Positions 9,192 through 18,991 of a stretch of 64,000 bases of DNA are shown here, piece by piece. Position 1 is the stretch's first letter; every line of letters begins with the position of its first letter. The stretch spans positions 608,001 to 672,000 of the forward strand of contig OY760937.1 in NCBI GenBank assembly GCA_963664225.1. Direction: 5' to 3'. Below the pieces are notes generated by a model. It did no database searches. It had not been told where the DNA came from and worked only from the letters and a program-made list of their open reading frames with translations. The position numbers and the translations under genes are program-made. Source of the stretch: Verrucomicrobiia bacterium (GTDB lineage Bacteria > Verrucomicrobiota > Verrucomicrobiia > Limisphaerales > UBA1319).

Positions 9192-10532
9192 ATGAAACAT
9201 TTCGAATTTGTTAATGAAATTGGAAGAGGTGGATTTGGCGTGGTTGAAAAAGTCCAAGATGATGCCGGTAGCTTGTATGCTCGAAAGTCATTTGAACCCG
9301 CTTCGTTTATCCCGATATCTGCACACGATGGACTACGCGATCGATTCAAGCGAGAAGTAAAAATACAGGCAGCGATTGGAGGTCGTGAAATTATGCCCGT
9401 GTTACATTCTCATTTGGAGCATGCAAAACCATGGTTCATTATGCCTCTCGCGGACAAAACCTATGATCAACAGATTGTGGAAGAGCGGGCATCCGGCAGC
9501 GTTGATATTGACGCGATTGCCGACATATTGAACGCATTAGAGTACCTCCACGATTTGGGTTACGTCCATCGTGATTTGAATCCTAAGAACATTCTCCTAC
9601 ATGATGCTCACTGGAAATTGTCTGATTTCGGAGCTGTGCTGCCACCATCTGGTCAAACCGTGACATTGACCGAAGGCACTGTAATATACACAGAGCAATA
9701 TTGTGCTCCTGAGCAAAGAAACTCATTTCACAAAGCAAAAGCATCTGCGGACGTTTATTCCTTTGGCTGCATCCTACACGATATATTTGGGAAGGGACCG
9801 AGAATTCCATATTCTAAACAAAGTGCAATCGGGCGTGTTGGATTGCTTATAGAAAAATGTACTGAAATTAAACCCGACCGTCGACCGAGCATCAAGGTCC
9901 TTCGTGGAATGCTTCTCGAAACGCTCGTTGAAATAGGCGGCCATTGCAAAGTAGTCGACGAGAAGTCAGAGCATTGGCTGCAAAAATTGAGTTTAATTGA
10001 CGAATGGAGAGACGAAGAATTTGATGACTTTGCGAGATTCTTTGGCCAACTCGATATCGAAGAGCGATTAGATGGACACGAAAATGAGTATATTTGTTCT
10101 TTATCGACACCATTTCTAACGCGATTACGGCCTGAGATGTTAGTAAAAATTATGCAACGCGATGATGGTGTTTCAAATGCAGTTATGGAGAAATACTGTG
10201 AATGGTCCCGCAAAGATGAATGCGCATTTCATTTTGCTGACACGGTATGCGGTTGCTTAACTGCAATTTTCGATGCAGGGGATGCAGAAACTAAAGCTCT
10301 TGCCCTTACTGCACTTATCTCACTGGGAAATTCACATAATCGTTGGTATGTGATGCGGAATATGCTTCGACGATGTTCCGCTGAAAATATCAGTGCTGAG
10401 CTCGCTAGACGTTTTTCGATTGAAATTAAAACGGAAGAATTACAGTCGGAATTTAGACGTTGTGTTATTGAAATAAATTGGGATGCTCAGCTGCTTCATC
10501 CTGAGTTAGCTAAACTCTGCACCTATGCCTGA
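9192..10532 (+). CDS. Hanks-type Ser/Thr protein kinase with a helical C-terminal domain
   Basis: IGRGGFG, ARK, HRDLNPKNIL, DFG, APE and DVYSFG motifs; no TM helix. The ORF is open from 9144. Confidence 0.93.
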   Translation: MKHFEFVNEIGRGGFGVVEKVQDDAGSLYARKSFEPASFIPISAHDGLRDRFKREVKIQAAIGGREIMPVLHSHLEHAKPWFIMPLADKTYDQQIVEERASGSVDIDAIADILNALEYLHDLGYVHRDLNPKNILLHDAHWKLSDFGAVLPPSGQTVTLTEGTVIYTEQYCAPEQRNSFHKAKASADVYSFGCILHDIFGKGPRIPYSKQSAIGRVGLLIEKCTEIKPDRRPSIKVLRGMLLETLVEIGGHCKVVDEKSEHWLQKLSLIDEWRDEEFDDFARFFGQLDIEERLDGHENEYICSLSTPFLTRLRPEMLVKIMQRDDGVSNAVMEKYCEWSRKDECAFHFADTVCGCLTAIFDAGDAETKALALTALISLGNSHNRWYVMRNMLRRCSAENISAELARRFSIEIKTEELQSEFRRCVIEINWDAQLLHPELAKLCTYA

Positions 10533-10650
10533 TGGAACGAAAAGACAACATGGGGTGGTCGGGTGCGGGAAGATCCACTACACCTGATCACTGGGCTTGC
10601 TTCGATAAATCGGACACAGACGACGCATATAGGTTGATTGGATCTATTTT

Positions 10651-10970
10651 GGGTGCATGACAGAATTCTTCGGCAAGCGAAAAAGACCTTTAAAAGGGCA
10701 TGTGAGTATATACGAAACAAATATAGCAAGAGTTTCGGGAATGGCCGGGTGCCGATTGAGGGTCCGGCAAAAATCAGATCTGAAAGGACGACCGCCCTCA
10801 TCCCTTCCTTCTCCCCCAGGAGAAGGAGAAGTATTGCGAGCCCTGGGTTTATTGCACGGTTTGGAGGATACCACCGCGCCGGATTATATGCCCCACACCG
10901 CCGACTGGCGTTCTGGCTGGGTTCGTACGGTTTAGGCTTTTACCAGCTTCCTGAATTTTGTCCTGCACCC
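10651..10970. mobile_element. MITE-like element bounded by inverted repeats, with an internal REP-like hairpin
   Basis: GGGTGCATGACAGAATTC at 10651 and GAATTTTGTCCTGCACCC ending at 10970; homologous ends at 22716-22917 and 47160-47365. Confidence 0.7.
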
Positions 10971-10972
10971 AT

Positions 10973-11137
10973 CTAATTTAAAGCAGGAGACATGTAATCG
11001 AGTTTGCTGTGTAAATGCTGTCGATTATAGAAGGTCTCGATGTAATCAAAGATTGCCTGTCGGGCCTGGGCTCGGGTCGCATAGGCCCGGCGATAAACCA
11101 GTTCGTGTTTGACCGTGCTCCAAAAGGATTCCACGGC
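10973..11137 (-). pseudogene. IS3-family transposase C-terminal remnant
   Basis: [15 protein letters not shown]...[27 protein letters not shown] matches the IS3 integrase-core C-terminus. The N-terminal part is replaced by the tandem array. Confidence 0.88.
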
Positions 11138-14100
11138 GCGCCGTTGGCGCTGGGAATGTAAAACCGGAACGAATGTTTTGCGACCCCTGCCGGGGTCGGG
11201 GTCGATTGCATGGGGTTTCCGGGGGTGTCGGTCGCAGACGACCTCAACCGCCCGGCTAATCGCTAGCATCCCTCCGGGATGGTGTTGGTAAACATGGTGC
11301 TCTTGGAATGGGCGCGATTGAGAGCATGGATGGGCAGGTTTGGGAAAGGGGATTTGATTCAACGCCTACAGCGTTGGGGTTTCCAGGGGCGATTACCCTG
11401 GGTAGGCCTCGGCGGCCAATCCGGGGCTGAGTGATTGCAACCCGTTCCGGGTTGCCGGTGAGGAGGTTCTGGCAGGAGAGGCCGTGGATAGGGATAATGG
11501 ATAATTGACAATTGAAGGAAGGGAAGTTGCGCAGGTCGCGGGATGGGATGGAGCGGGCTTCAGCCCTTGTTGTGGTTGTGGCAGATTACCTGGGCCGGTG
11601 GCCCAGGCTGGTATGAGGTCGCGCCGTTGGCGCTGGGGCTGGGTGTGATTGAGGTTGGGACGGTGTTGTTCACGGGGGGGGTGATTGTGCAGCAGTTGAG
11701 GAAAAACGCGGAGGGCGAAGGGCGGATGATGGCTCGGCAGGAGCCTCGCCCTACCGGGGGTGACTGGGATTTGTAAATCCGGAATGAATTTTCTGCGACC
11801 CCAGCCGGGGTCGGGTTCGATTGCGTGGGGGTTCCGGGGGTGTCGGTCGCGGACGACCTCAACCACCCGGCTAATCGCTTGCATCCCTCCGGGATGGCGA
11901 TGAGAAACATGGCGCTCTTGGAATGGGCGCGATTGAGAGCATGGATGGGCAGGTTTGGGAAAGGGGATTTGATTCAACGCCTACAGCGTTGGGGTTTCCA
12001 GGGGCGATTACCCCGGGTAGGCCTCGGCGGCCAACCCGGGGCTGAGTGATTGCAACCCGTTCCGGGTTGCCGGTCGGGATGTTATGGTAGGAGAGGCCGT
12101 GGATAGGGATAATGGATAATTGACAATTGAGGGAAGGGAAGTTTCGCAGGTCGCGGGATGGGATGGAGCGGGCTTTCAGCCCTTGTCGCGATTGTGGCGG
12201 ATTACCTGGGCCGGTGGCCCAGGCTGGTATGGGGTCGCGCCGTTGGCGCTGGGGCTGGGTGTGATTGAGGTTGGGACGGTGATGTTCACGGGGGGGGTGA
12301 TTGTGCAGCAGTTGAGGAAAAACGCGGAGGGCGAAGGGCGGATGATGGCTCGGCAGGAGCCTCGCCCTACCGGGGGTGACTGGGATTTGTAAATCCGGAA
12401 TGAATTTTCTGCGACCCCTGCCGGGGTCGGGGCCGATTGCGTGGGGTTTCCGGGGGTGTCGGTCGCGGACGACCTCAACCGCCCGGCTAATCGCTTGCAT
12501 CCCTCCGGGATGGCGTTGGTAAACATGGTGCTCTTGGAATGGGCGCGATTGATCATGGATGGGCAGGATGGGGAAAGGGGATTTGATTCAACGCCTACAG
12601 CGTTGGGGTTTCCAGGGGCGATTACCCCGGGTAGGCCTCGGCGGCCAACCCGGGGCTGAGTGATTGCAACCCGTTCCGGGTTGCCGGTCGGGATGTTATG
12701 GTAGGAGAAGCCGTGGATAGGGATAATGGATAATTGACAATTGAGGGAAGGGAAGTTTCGCATGTCGCGGGATGGGATGGAGCGGGCTTTAAGCCCTTGT
12801 CGCGATTGTGGCGGATTACCTGGGCCGGGGCCCAGGCTGGTATGGGGTCGCGCCGTTGGCGCTGGGGCTGGGTGTGATTGAGGTTGGGACGGTGTTGTTC
12901 ACGGGGGGGTGATTGTGCAGCAGTTGAGGAAAAACGCGGAGGGCGAAGGGCGGATGATGGCTCGGCAGGAGCCTCGCCCTACCGGGGGTGACTGGGATTT
13001 GTAAATCCGGAATGAATTTTCTGCGACCCCTGCCGGGGTCGGGGTCGATTGCGTGGGGTTTTCGGGGGTGTCGGTCGCGGACGACCTCAACCGCCCGGCT
13101 AATCGCTTGCATACCTTCGGGATGGCGTTGGTAAACATGGTGCTCTTGGAATGGGCGCGATTGAGAGCATGGATGGGCAGGTTTGGGAAAGGGGATTTGA
13201 TTCAACGCCTACAGCGTTGGGGTTTCCAGGGGCGATTACCCCGGGTAGGCCTCGGCGGCCAACCCGGGGCTGAGTGATTGCAACCCGTTCCGGGTTGCCG
13301 GTCGGGATGTTATGGTAGGAGAGGCCGTGGATAGGGATAATGGATAATTGACAATTGAGGGAAGGGAAGTTTCGCATGTCGCGGGATGGGATGGAGCGGG
13401 CTTTCAGCCCTTGTCGCGATTGTGGCGGATTACCTGGGCCGGTGGCCCAGGCTGGTATGGGGTCGCGCCGTTGGCGCTGGGGCTGGGTGTGATTGAGGTT
13501 GGGACGGTGTTGTTCACGGGGGGGGGTGATTGTGCAGCAGTTGAGGAAAAACGCGGAGGGCGAAGGGCGGATGATGGCTCGGCAGGAGCCTCGCCCTACC
13601 GGGGGTGACTGGGATTTGTAAATCCGGAATGAATTTTCTACGACCCCTGCCGGGGTCGGGGTCGATTGCATGGAGTTTCCGGGGGTATCGGTCGCGGACG
13701 ACCTCAACCGCCCGGCTAATCGCTTGCATCCCTCCGGGATGGCTTTGGTAAACATGGTGCTCTTGGAATGGGTGCGATTGATCATGGATGGGCAGGATGG
13801 GGAAAGGTGATTTGATTCAACGCCTACAGCGTTGGGGTTTCCAGGGGCGATTACCCCGGGTAGGCCTCGGCGGCCAACCCGGGGCTGAGTGATTGCAACC
13901 CGTTCCGGGTTGCCGGTCGGGATGTTATGGTAGGAGAAGCCGTGGATAGGGATAATGGATAATTGACAATTGAGGGAAGTGAAGTTTCGCAGGTCGCGGG
14001 ATGGGATGGAGCGGGCTTCAGCCCTTGTTGTGGTTGTGGCAGATTACCTGGGCCGGTGGCCCAGGCTGGTATGGGGTCGCGCCGTTGGCGCTGGGGCTGG

Positions 14101-14984
14101 GTGTGATTGAGGTTGGGACGGTGTTGTTCACGGGGGGGGTGATTGTGCAGCAGTTGAGGAAAAACGCGGAGGGCGAAGGGCGGATGATGGCTCGGCAGGA
14201 GCCTCGCCCTACCGGGGGTGACTGGGATTTGTAAATCCGGAATGAATTTTCTGCGACCCCTGCCGGGGTCGGGGCCGATTGCGTGGGGTTTCCGGGGGTG
14301 TCGGTCGCGGACGACCTCAACCGCCCGGCTAATCGCTTGCATCCCTCCGGGATGGCGATGAGAAACATGGCGCTCTTGGAATGGGCGCGATTGAGAGCAT
14401 GGATGGGCAGGTTTGGGAAAGGGGATTTGATTCAACGCCTACAGCGTTGGGGTTTCCAGGGGCGATTACCCCGGGTAGGCCTCGGCGGCCAACCCGGGGC
14501 TGAGTGATTGCAACCCGTTCCGGGTTGCCGGTCGGGATGTTATGGTAGGAGAGGCCGTGGATAGGGATAATGGATAATTGACAATTGAGGGAAGGGAAGT
14601 TTCGCAGGTCGCGGGATGGGATGGAGCGGGCTTCAGCCCTTGTCGCGATTGTGGCAGATTACCTGGGCCGGTGGCCCAGGCCGGTATGGGGTCGCGCCGT
14701 TGGCGCTGGGGCTGGGTGTGATTGAGGTTGGGACGGTGTTGTTCACGGGGGGGGTGATTGTGCAGCAGTTGAGGAAAAACGCGGAGGGCGAAGGGCGGAT
14801 GATGGCTCGGCAGGAGCCTCGCCCTACCGGGGGCGACTGGGATTTGTAAATCCGGAATGAATTTTCTGCGACCCCTGCCGGGGTCGGGGTCGATTGCGTG
14901 GGGTTTCCGGGGGTGTCGGTCGCGGACGACCTCAACCGCCCGGCTAATCGCTTGCATCCCTCCGGGATGGCGTTGGTAAACATG
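11137..14984. repeat. tandem array of ~6.3 copies of a 614-615 bp non-coding palindrome-rich unit
   Basis: Anchor GATTTGATTCAACGCCTACAGCG recurs at 11351, 11966, 12580, 13194, 13809 and 14424. Confidence 0.97.
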
Positions 14985-15157
14985 CCTCCCCGATGGGGCA
15001 TGGAGGAAATGGATAATGGGGATTCGAATTTGCTCGATTTTGAGGAGGTGGATTTTTGGTGGCAGGGTGAACAATATGAAAGGCTCTGGCTTGATTGCGG
15101 CGGGGATTTATGAGAGGGATTGGGAAGGGCTGGGTTTGCGGTAAAATTGTTGAGGGA

Positions 15158-15592
15158 ATGATGAATCGATTTTTTTGGCAGCGTTGGTTGGTGACGACTT
15201 TGTCGGTGCTGGTGGCCAGTCATGTGGTGCCGGGGATTCGCTATGAATCGCTGGGGGGGCTCGTTCTGGCGGCACTGGCGCTGGGGGTGCTCAATGCGCT
15301 GGTGCGGCCTGTGATTGTTTTTTTTACGCTGCCGCTGGTGCTGTTCAGCCTGGGGTTTTTCCTGCTGGTGATTAATGCGGGGGTGCTTTACATGGTGGGC
15401 CAGATTGTTCCGGGGTTTCACGTGGTGGGATTCTGGCCGGCGTTCTGGGGAAGCCTGGTGATCAGTGTGGTGGGATTTTTTGCGAACCGGGTGATTGGAC
15501 CGCCGCAATTACCCAGGCAGGGATCAAATCCGGGAAGCGGACGGGCGAACGGGCCCGGCGGCAGTGGCAGTGGGCCGGTTATCGATGTTTAA
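15158..15592 (+). CDS. YvlD / phage holin family (Phage_holin_4_2) membrane protein
   Basis: Four TM helices; LGVLNALVRPV...LPLVLFSLGFFLLVINA...GFWPAFWGSLVIS signature. Confidence 0.9.
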   Translation: MMNRFFWQRWLVTTLSVLVASHVVPGIRYESLGGLVLAALALGVLNALVRPVIVFFTLPLVLFSLGFFLLVINAGVLYMVGQIVPGFHVVGFWPAFWGSLVISVVGFFANRVIGPPQLPRQGSNPGSGRANGPGGSGSGPVIDV

Positions 15593-15709
15593 CCCGAAAT
15601 CCGAAATAGGAACGGCCCGTCTGACGCAATCATTTGGCCATCCATGGTTTGAAATCGGCTGTGGAGTATTGATTTAATACACCCTCGCCGATTGCAAATC
15701 ATGGCTGCC

Positions 15710-16261
15710 TCAAAGCATTGCATCATCTTGACCCTTCGTATTTCGGATTTCGGGTTTAACGCCTTCGAGGGCCAGGAGGCGTTTTTTCCAATCCAATCCG
15801 CCGCTGTATCCGCCGAGGGCGCCGTTAGCGGCTAATACACGGTGGCAGGGTATGAGCAGGGGGATGGGATTGGCCCCGCAGGCAGCCCCAACGGCGCGGG
15901 CCGCTTTGGGCTTTTCGAGGGCGGCGGCCATTTTTCCGTAGGAGCTGGCTTCGCCCAATGGGATTTGCTGCATTGCAGTCCAGACACGCTTTTGAAAGGG
16001 GGTTCCCAGGCTCAGGTCCAGCGGGGGGAGTGTCGTTATTTTTTGGCCGGTCACGGCTTTTTGGACTGCGGCGGTTGTCTGCTTGATCCACGAGGCGGGC
16101 ACTGTGCCGGGTTCCAGCGCCGGATTGGCCTGGTGGGAATTATCCCCGGGAAACAGGAGGCGCAGCAGACCGTGGGTGGAAAAAAGGGCGGTAAATTCGC
16201 CCAGCTCTGTGGCGATTGGAACCGCCAAAACGGCTGTTTTCGAAAGCGCGTTCGATTTCAT
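15710..16261 (-). CDS. ogt: methylated-DNA--protein-cysteine methyltransferase
   Basis: GTPFQKRVW, IPLGEASSYG, AARAVGAACGANP, active-site PCHRV, GGYSGG. Confidence 0.95.
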   Translation of the reverse strand: MKSNALSKTAVLAVPIATELGEFTALFSTHGLLRLLFPGDNSHQANPALEPGTVPASWIKQTTAAVQKAVTGQKITTLPPLDLSLGTPFQKRVWTAMQQIPLGEASSYGKMAAALEKPKAARAVGAACGANPIPLLIPCHRVLAANGALGGYSGGLDWKKRLLALEGVKPEIRNTKGQDDAML

Positions 16262-16263
16262 GG

Positions 16264-16770
16264 CTAAAACTTTTTCAAAAGTAAGCCAAGAATGAACCAA
16301 AGCAAGAAGAGGAAGATGATGGCCAGGAGTATGACCCGTCGGCGGGCGATGCGTTTTTCGCGGCGGAGGGGTTGCAGGCCTTTGATGTTGCCCGCGGCCA
16401 GGAGGCTGAGCAGTTTGGGATTGGAGGGCGCGGGTGGTTTGATGATGGAGATGCAGCGGTCCCACAGGCCCACGAGATCGAATTTGCGCACGCCGGCTTC
16501 GTTGTAATGCAAGGGGCTGGATTCTTTTTCCTGGCCGTTGTGAATCCGGGTGTGATCCACTTCCTCGAAGATGGGTTCGCGATGGGCCTGGGAGGAGTCC
16601 AGGCGGCCCGCGCCGGGTTGGTGGGGAAGGGCGGTGGAACGGTAGTGGGGCTGGGGCGGTTCAGGGACCTTTTTGAGCTTTTGAATCTGGCTCTCCAGGG
16701 CGGCAATTTCCGCCTCGAGCTTTCGGGCCCGCTGCGATATGGGATCGCCTGGTTTTGAGAAAATCCCCAT
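16264..16770 (-). CDS. hypothetical protein with an N-terminal coiled coil and a C-terminal TM anchor
   Basis: Operonic spacing with its neighbours; hydrophobic C-terminus. Confidence 0.75.
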   Translation of the reverse strand: MGIFSKPGDPISQRARKLEAEIAALESQIQKLKKVPEPPQPHYRSTALPHQPGAGRLDSSQAHREPIFEEVDHTRIHNGQEKESSPLHYNEAGVRKFDLVGLWDRCISIIKPPAPSNPKLLSLLAAGNIKGLQPLRREKRIARRRVILLAIIFLFLLWFILGLLLKKF

Positions 16771-16784
16771 GGCCCCTGGTAGAT

Positions 16785-17459
16785 TCAACGGAACAGCAAC
16801 ACCAGAATGACGATGATCACGGCCAAAGCCACCGGCCAGGTCAGGCCCAGGCCCAGAAGGCAGATGTCCCGGAAACCGCCGCCTTCGATGAGCTTGTGGA
16901 GGTTGAGGGCGGGCGCGGATTGTCTGACGGGGTCGCCGGCATGTTCGCCCTCCAGGAGGGGCCATTTGAGCCGTGCGGCGTTCCATTCCATGCGGGCGTT
17001 TTCGAGGGCGGTCAGCGCGCGGGTAAGCTCGGTGTTGTAATTCTCCGTGTTCCAGGTTTCCTGGTGAATGGCCAGCACCTTGTCGAGCGCCTCGCGAAAA
17101 CCGGCCAGCGTTTTGGCCATTTGTTCGGCATCGCGCCGGGCGGAAATTTCGGCTTCGCCGAGCAGGCCCAGACCCCGGGTGAGGTTCTGGAGGGTTTCTT
17201 CGCGGCCGTTCTGGAATTCAGCCTGGCGGCGACGGGCTTCCTCGAGGGCGGCGCGCTCGCGTTCGAGGGATTCCTGGGCGTGCTTCAGCTCGATGAGGCG
17301 CTGCTGGGTCTCGCTGACCTTGGCTTCCAGTTCCTCGCGGGAGGGTGGGCGGCCGGGCGTTCCTGCGGCGGAGCGAACGGGTGCGTTGGCGCCGGTCGAT
17401 TGCCGCCCCGTCACAAATTCACTGTCCACAAAGTCGCTATGGTCAAATTCTGAAGCCAT
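16785..17459 (-). CDS. coiled-coil hypothetical protein with a C-terminal TM anchor
   Basis: Long E/R/A-rich heptad region and a C-terminal hydrophobic helix. Confidence 0.8.
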   Translation of the reverse strand: MASEFDHSDFVDSEFVTGRQSTGANAPVRSAAGTPGRPPSREELEAKVSETQQRLIELKHAQESLERERAALEEARRRQAEFQNGREETLQNLTRGLGLLGEAEISARRDAEQMAKTLAGFREALDKVLAIHQETWNTENYNTELTRALTALENARMEWNAARLKWPLLEGEHAGDPVRQSAPALNLHKLIEGGGFRDICLLGLGLTWPVALAVIIVILVLLFR

Positions 17460-18072
17460 GGGTGGGAATTTAGTCTGTAGAATCCAGAGTGTAAAGAAAT
17501 CGATGGCACGCGGCAGGAGGAGGGGAGTGACAGGATTTTTAAGGACGGGGGGAAGGGAGCGACAGGATTAACGGGGTTAACAGGATGGATGGGAAGGGAT
17601 GGTTAGTCAGGATCAAAAGGATGCATGGATGGACTTATTGGATTTTTCAGTATTGCGGAAGAATTTTGTCGTGAACCCGATGGGGCAGGGGTGTTTTTAA
17701 CCGTCTCGACAGGGCGATAACCCCACCGGCTAAAGCCGGGACTCCAAACCAAGAAGGTGGTTTGGCTATTGAGAGGAATGGGTATTGTTCATATGTAATA
17801 TTCTTATAATAAGTGAGTTATGCAGTGAATGTGTGGAATATGCACTTTTTCCGCAGGTCAGGGTTTAGCGAAAGATCATGGGCATGAATATGGGAGGTTG
17901 TTAAGGTTTTGATTAATATTCAATAAAATATACTTCCATCTTGACCCCATGGCCACGTTCCTCAATTCTGAGCACCGATTTGGAGAAACTGGCAAATGCC
18001 GAACGCGCCCGGCGATGGGCTTTGCGGTGGCTCTTAACACGTCAGAATTAAATTTCAAAAAGGAAACACGTT

Positions 18073-18885
18073 ATGTCCGAAACAGGTGGCAAATCCTCCG
18101 TTTTACCTGAGAAACTCGTCGTCACACTGCGCGCAGGCGGGGTGTTTTTCGCGCTGGCGAATGTGGTGTGTGTGGCGATCATCGCGTGGTCCTATGTGAC
18201 CGTGCGGTTGGAGCCGAAGACGCTGGCCGTGACGGGATCGGCCCGCAAAGCGATCGTTTCCGACCTCGTGACATGGTCGGGAACCCTGACGGCGCATGAC
18301 CCGGAGCTCGTCAAGGCGTATGACGTTTTGAAGGTGAACGCGGAGAAGGTGAAGGCATTCCTGATTGGCAGTGGGATTCCCGAATCCGACATCACTTTTT
18401 CAGCCATCACCACGGGCCGCCGTTACAAACAGGAGATCCTGCCGTCGCCCGCCGCAGTGGCCGGCGCGCCGGTGCCGCCGCCCACGGTCATTACGACTGA
18501 AAAAGTGGAGATGTACACGCTGACGCAGTCCATCTCCGTCAGTTCGAGCGACATGACCAAGGTGCCGGCCGTTTCCCGCTCGATCACCAGCCTGATCAAG
18601 GAGGGGGTGGAAATCGATTCCGAGGCTCCGCGCTATCTTTATACGAAGCTTTCCGAACTCAAAATCAACATGCTGGCCGAGGCCACCAAGGACGCCACGC
18701 TGCGCGCCGAGCAAATTGTCAATAATGCCAACGGCCATCTGGGCAAGTTGGTTGAGGCCCGCATGGGCGTGATGCAAATCAACCCGAAAGGCGTTACCGC
18801 CACCTCGGGGGAAGGCATCAGCGATACAAGTTCCTACGAAAAGGAGATCACCTCGATTGTGAGCGTTAAGTTTGAAGTGCGGTGA
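18073..18885 (+). CDS. SIMPL (DUF541) domain protein
   Basis: N-terminal TM, LAVTGSARKAIVSD, YTKLSELKINMLAEATKDATLRAEQI, GVMQI; AAGGA Shine-Dalgarno upstream. Confidence 0.9.
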   Translation: MSETGGKSSVLPEKLVVTLRAGGVFFALANVVCVAIIAWSYVTVRLEPKTLAVTGSARKAIVSDLVTWSGTLTAHDPELVKAYDVLKVNAEKVKAFLIGSGIPESDITFSAITTGRRYKQEILPSPAAVAGAPVPPPTVITTEKVEMYTLTQSISVSSSDMTKVPAVSRSITSLIKEGVEIDSEAPRYLYTKLSELKINMLAEATKDATLRAEQIVNNANGHLGKLVEARMGVMQINPKGVTATSGEGISDTSSYEKEITSIVSVKFEVR

Positions 18886-18991
18886 AAAGTGGCAAAAAGG
18901 TGGTGCAACACGCGGCGCTGCGTGGGAAAGGTTATTAACGCGAATCGATTCTTAAGGAATTGTGCTCCCAAAAAAGCTGAAACAAATAACT

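Noticed and set aside
11137..14984. CRISPR or other spacer-bearing array
   Set aside because: Units are 615 bp and near-identical throughout, with no unique spacers and no cas genes in the window.
11393..15074. Repeated ORFs inside the array (e.g. MGWSGLQPL..., MNQIPFPKP...)
   Set aside because: Frames are broken differently in each unit by G-tract and other indels, and the translations look like palindrome-derived sequence.
15158..15592. Holin as evidence of a prophage
   Set aside because: The YvlD-type family is common in non-phage contexts and there are no phage structural or integrase genes.
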